Below are positions 63,046 through 64,000 of a stretch of DNA of 64,000 nt, one piece after another; position 1 is the stretch's first letter, and every line of letters begins with the position of its first letter. The notes under the pieces were generated by a model. It was not told the origin of the DNA and ran no database searches. It worked only from the letters and a program-made list of their open reading frames with translations. The position numbers were made by a program, and so were the translations under genes. Source of the DNA: Pristiophorus japonicus (lineage: Eukaryota); contig NC_091984.1 of the NCBI RefSeq assembly GCF_044704955.1, positions 52,886,001-52,950,000 of the forward strand, read 5' to 3'.

Positions 63046-64000
63046 AGCATGAGGAAGCCAAATTATACAGTGCATTAGTCTCCACTATTCAGGTTAATTC
63101 CACTCTGGCACAGTATCAGACCTGGTAGTTGTTCAAAGTTAGATCTCCCGATTGCCTCATAAATACTCATTTGCCAAAATTGTTTTCAAAAAAACGAGAC
63201 AGAACTAAACATTTCTTAGCCATAATTCTTGAAAACAGTTTGATTTTTTTGTTCTTTAAAATCAGTGCTTTATTATTTTATTCCCTTTTGCCAGGCACCT
63301 CTCCTGGATGCAGGTACGATAAAGGTTGGATTTTTAAAAAGGACCCACTAAATTTCTGTTTAACATTGATTCGAATATTGTGCAGCTTAGAGCAACAGCA
63401 GAAATGCATTCCAAAATATCTGTAACAAGTTTACTTGATCAATAACTAACTAGCACCATGGGTTGTGAATGAGTTATGAAGATCTTTCCAATGAGTGAAA
63501 CAATGTCGGTAACACGCTTTCACTGGTGCGATAGTCTATTCCATGGGTGATTTGTTTTTAAGTTTTAATCCATTGTGGAATCAATTTGCTAAGTTATCAT
63601 CCGCGGCAGTGAGTTATCATGTTTGATTTCACTGCACTGAATTCTCGTGTCGCTGAGCAGTAAAATTCTCATTAACACCCACTGAGTAAAGGTTTGTCAG
63701 TCGTTTGAGTTGTGAAGTATTCCTAAAAGTATTAATTTATTATATATATCCATTTCCTGAGTTGTTTTCCAATAATCAAGGGTTGATTATCACTCGATCA
63801 CTTGATAATCTTTCAGCGATTATATCACATTCATTAATCCTCATATGAATTCCATTGCCCATCCACGACTGTCGTGACAGCAGCTGCTGACAGTTCTGCC
63901 ATCAGCAAACAAAGTGGAACAAAAGACCCGCAGAATAAATTATTAAAAAAAAATCATACCTACACGATATCGCAGTAAGGGGTTCAAATGTTGGTCACAA

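Noticed and set aside
39995-64000. Expected upstream RNF220 exon (CPICQVLL...EHMEQE)
   Set aside because: Searched by eye and not found; probably beyond the window end.

Overview
Repeat-rich eukaryotic intronic DNA, almost certainly from a cartilaginous fish (shark/elasmobranch; inferred from the CR1, RTE, Deu-type SINE, Harbinger-MITE and Penelope-foldback repeat landscape). The window lies inside the E3 ubiquitin ligase gene RNF220 on the minus strand. Three short exons match my recollection of vertebrate RNF220 in peptide, phase and approximate size: 39994-39949 (SKHSMLKDSTIQGTVK), 15082-14987 (SVLLSAPIKREGESPTASP...HHSDRYQ) and 6131-6089 (TFLRVRSNRQARLN). The flanking exons were not found and probably lie outside the window. 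The rest is transposon debris, including a full-length decayed Mag-like Gypsy element (28052-32649) with TG...TA LTRs, a related solo LTR, an internally deleted Harbinger, many MITEs and LINE fragments, plus repeat-free stretches that may be conserved non-coding elements. I found no prokaryotic-type system and no CRISPR array. Best leads: (1) an internal promoter (CTCF-like, CCAAT, NRF1, E-box, TATA, Inr) with an in-frame alternative first coding exon just upstream of the TFLRVR exon, predicting an N-terminally truncated RNF220; (2) a candidate symmetric 75-nt cassette exon at 25773-25699; (3) in-frame alternative donors on the 96-nt exon; (4) LTR-borne CTCF-like motifs convergent with the promoter's motif. 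All family assignments are by eye, without database searches.
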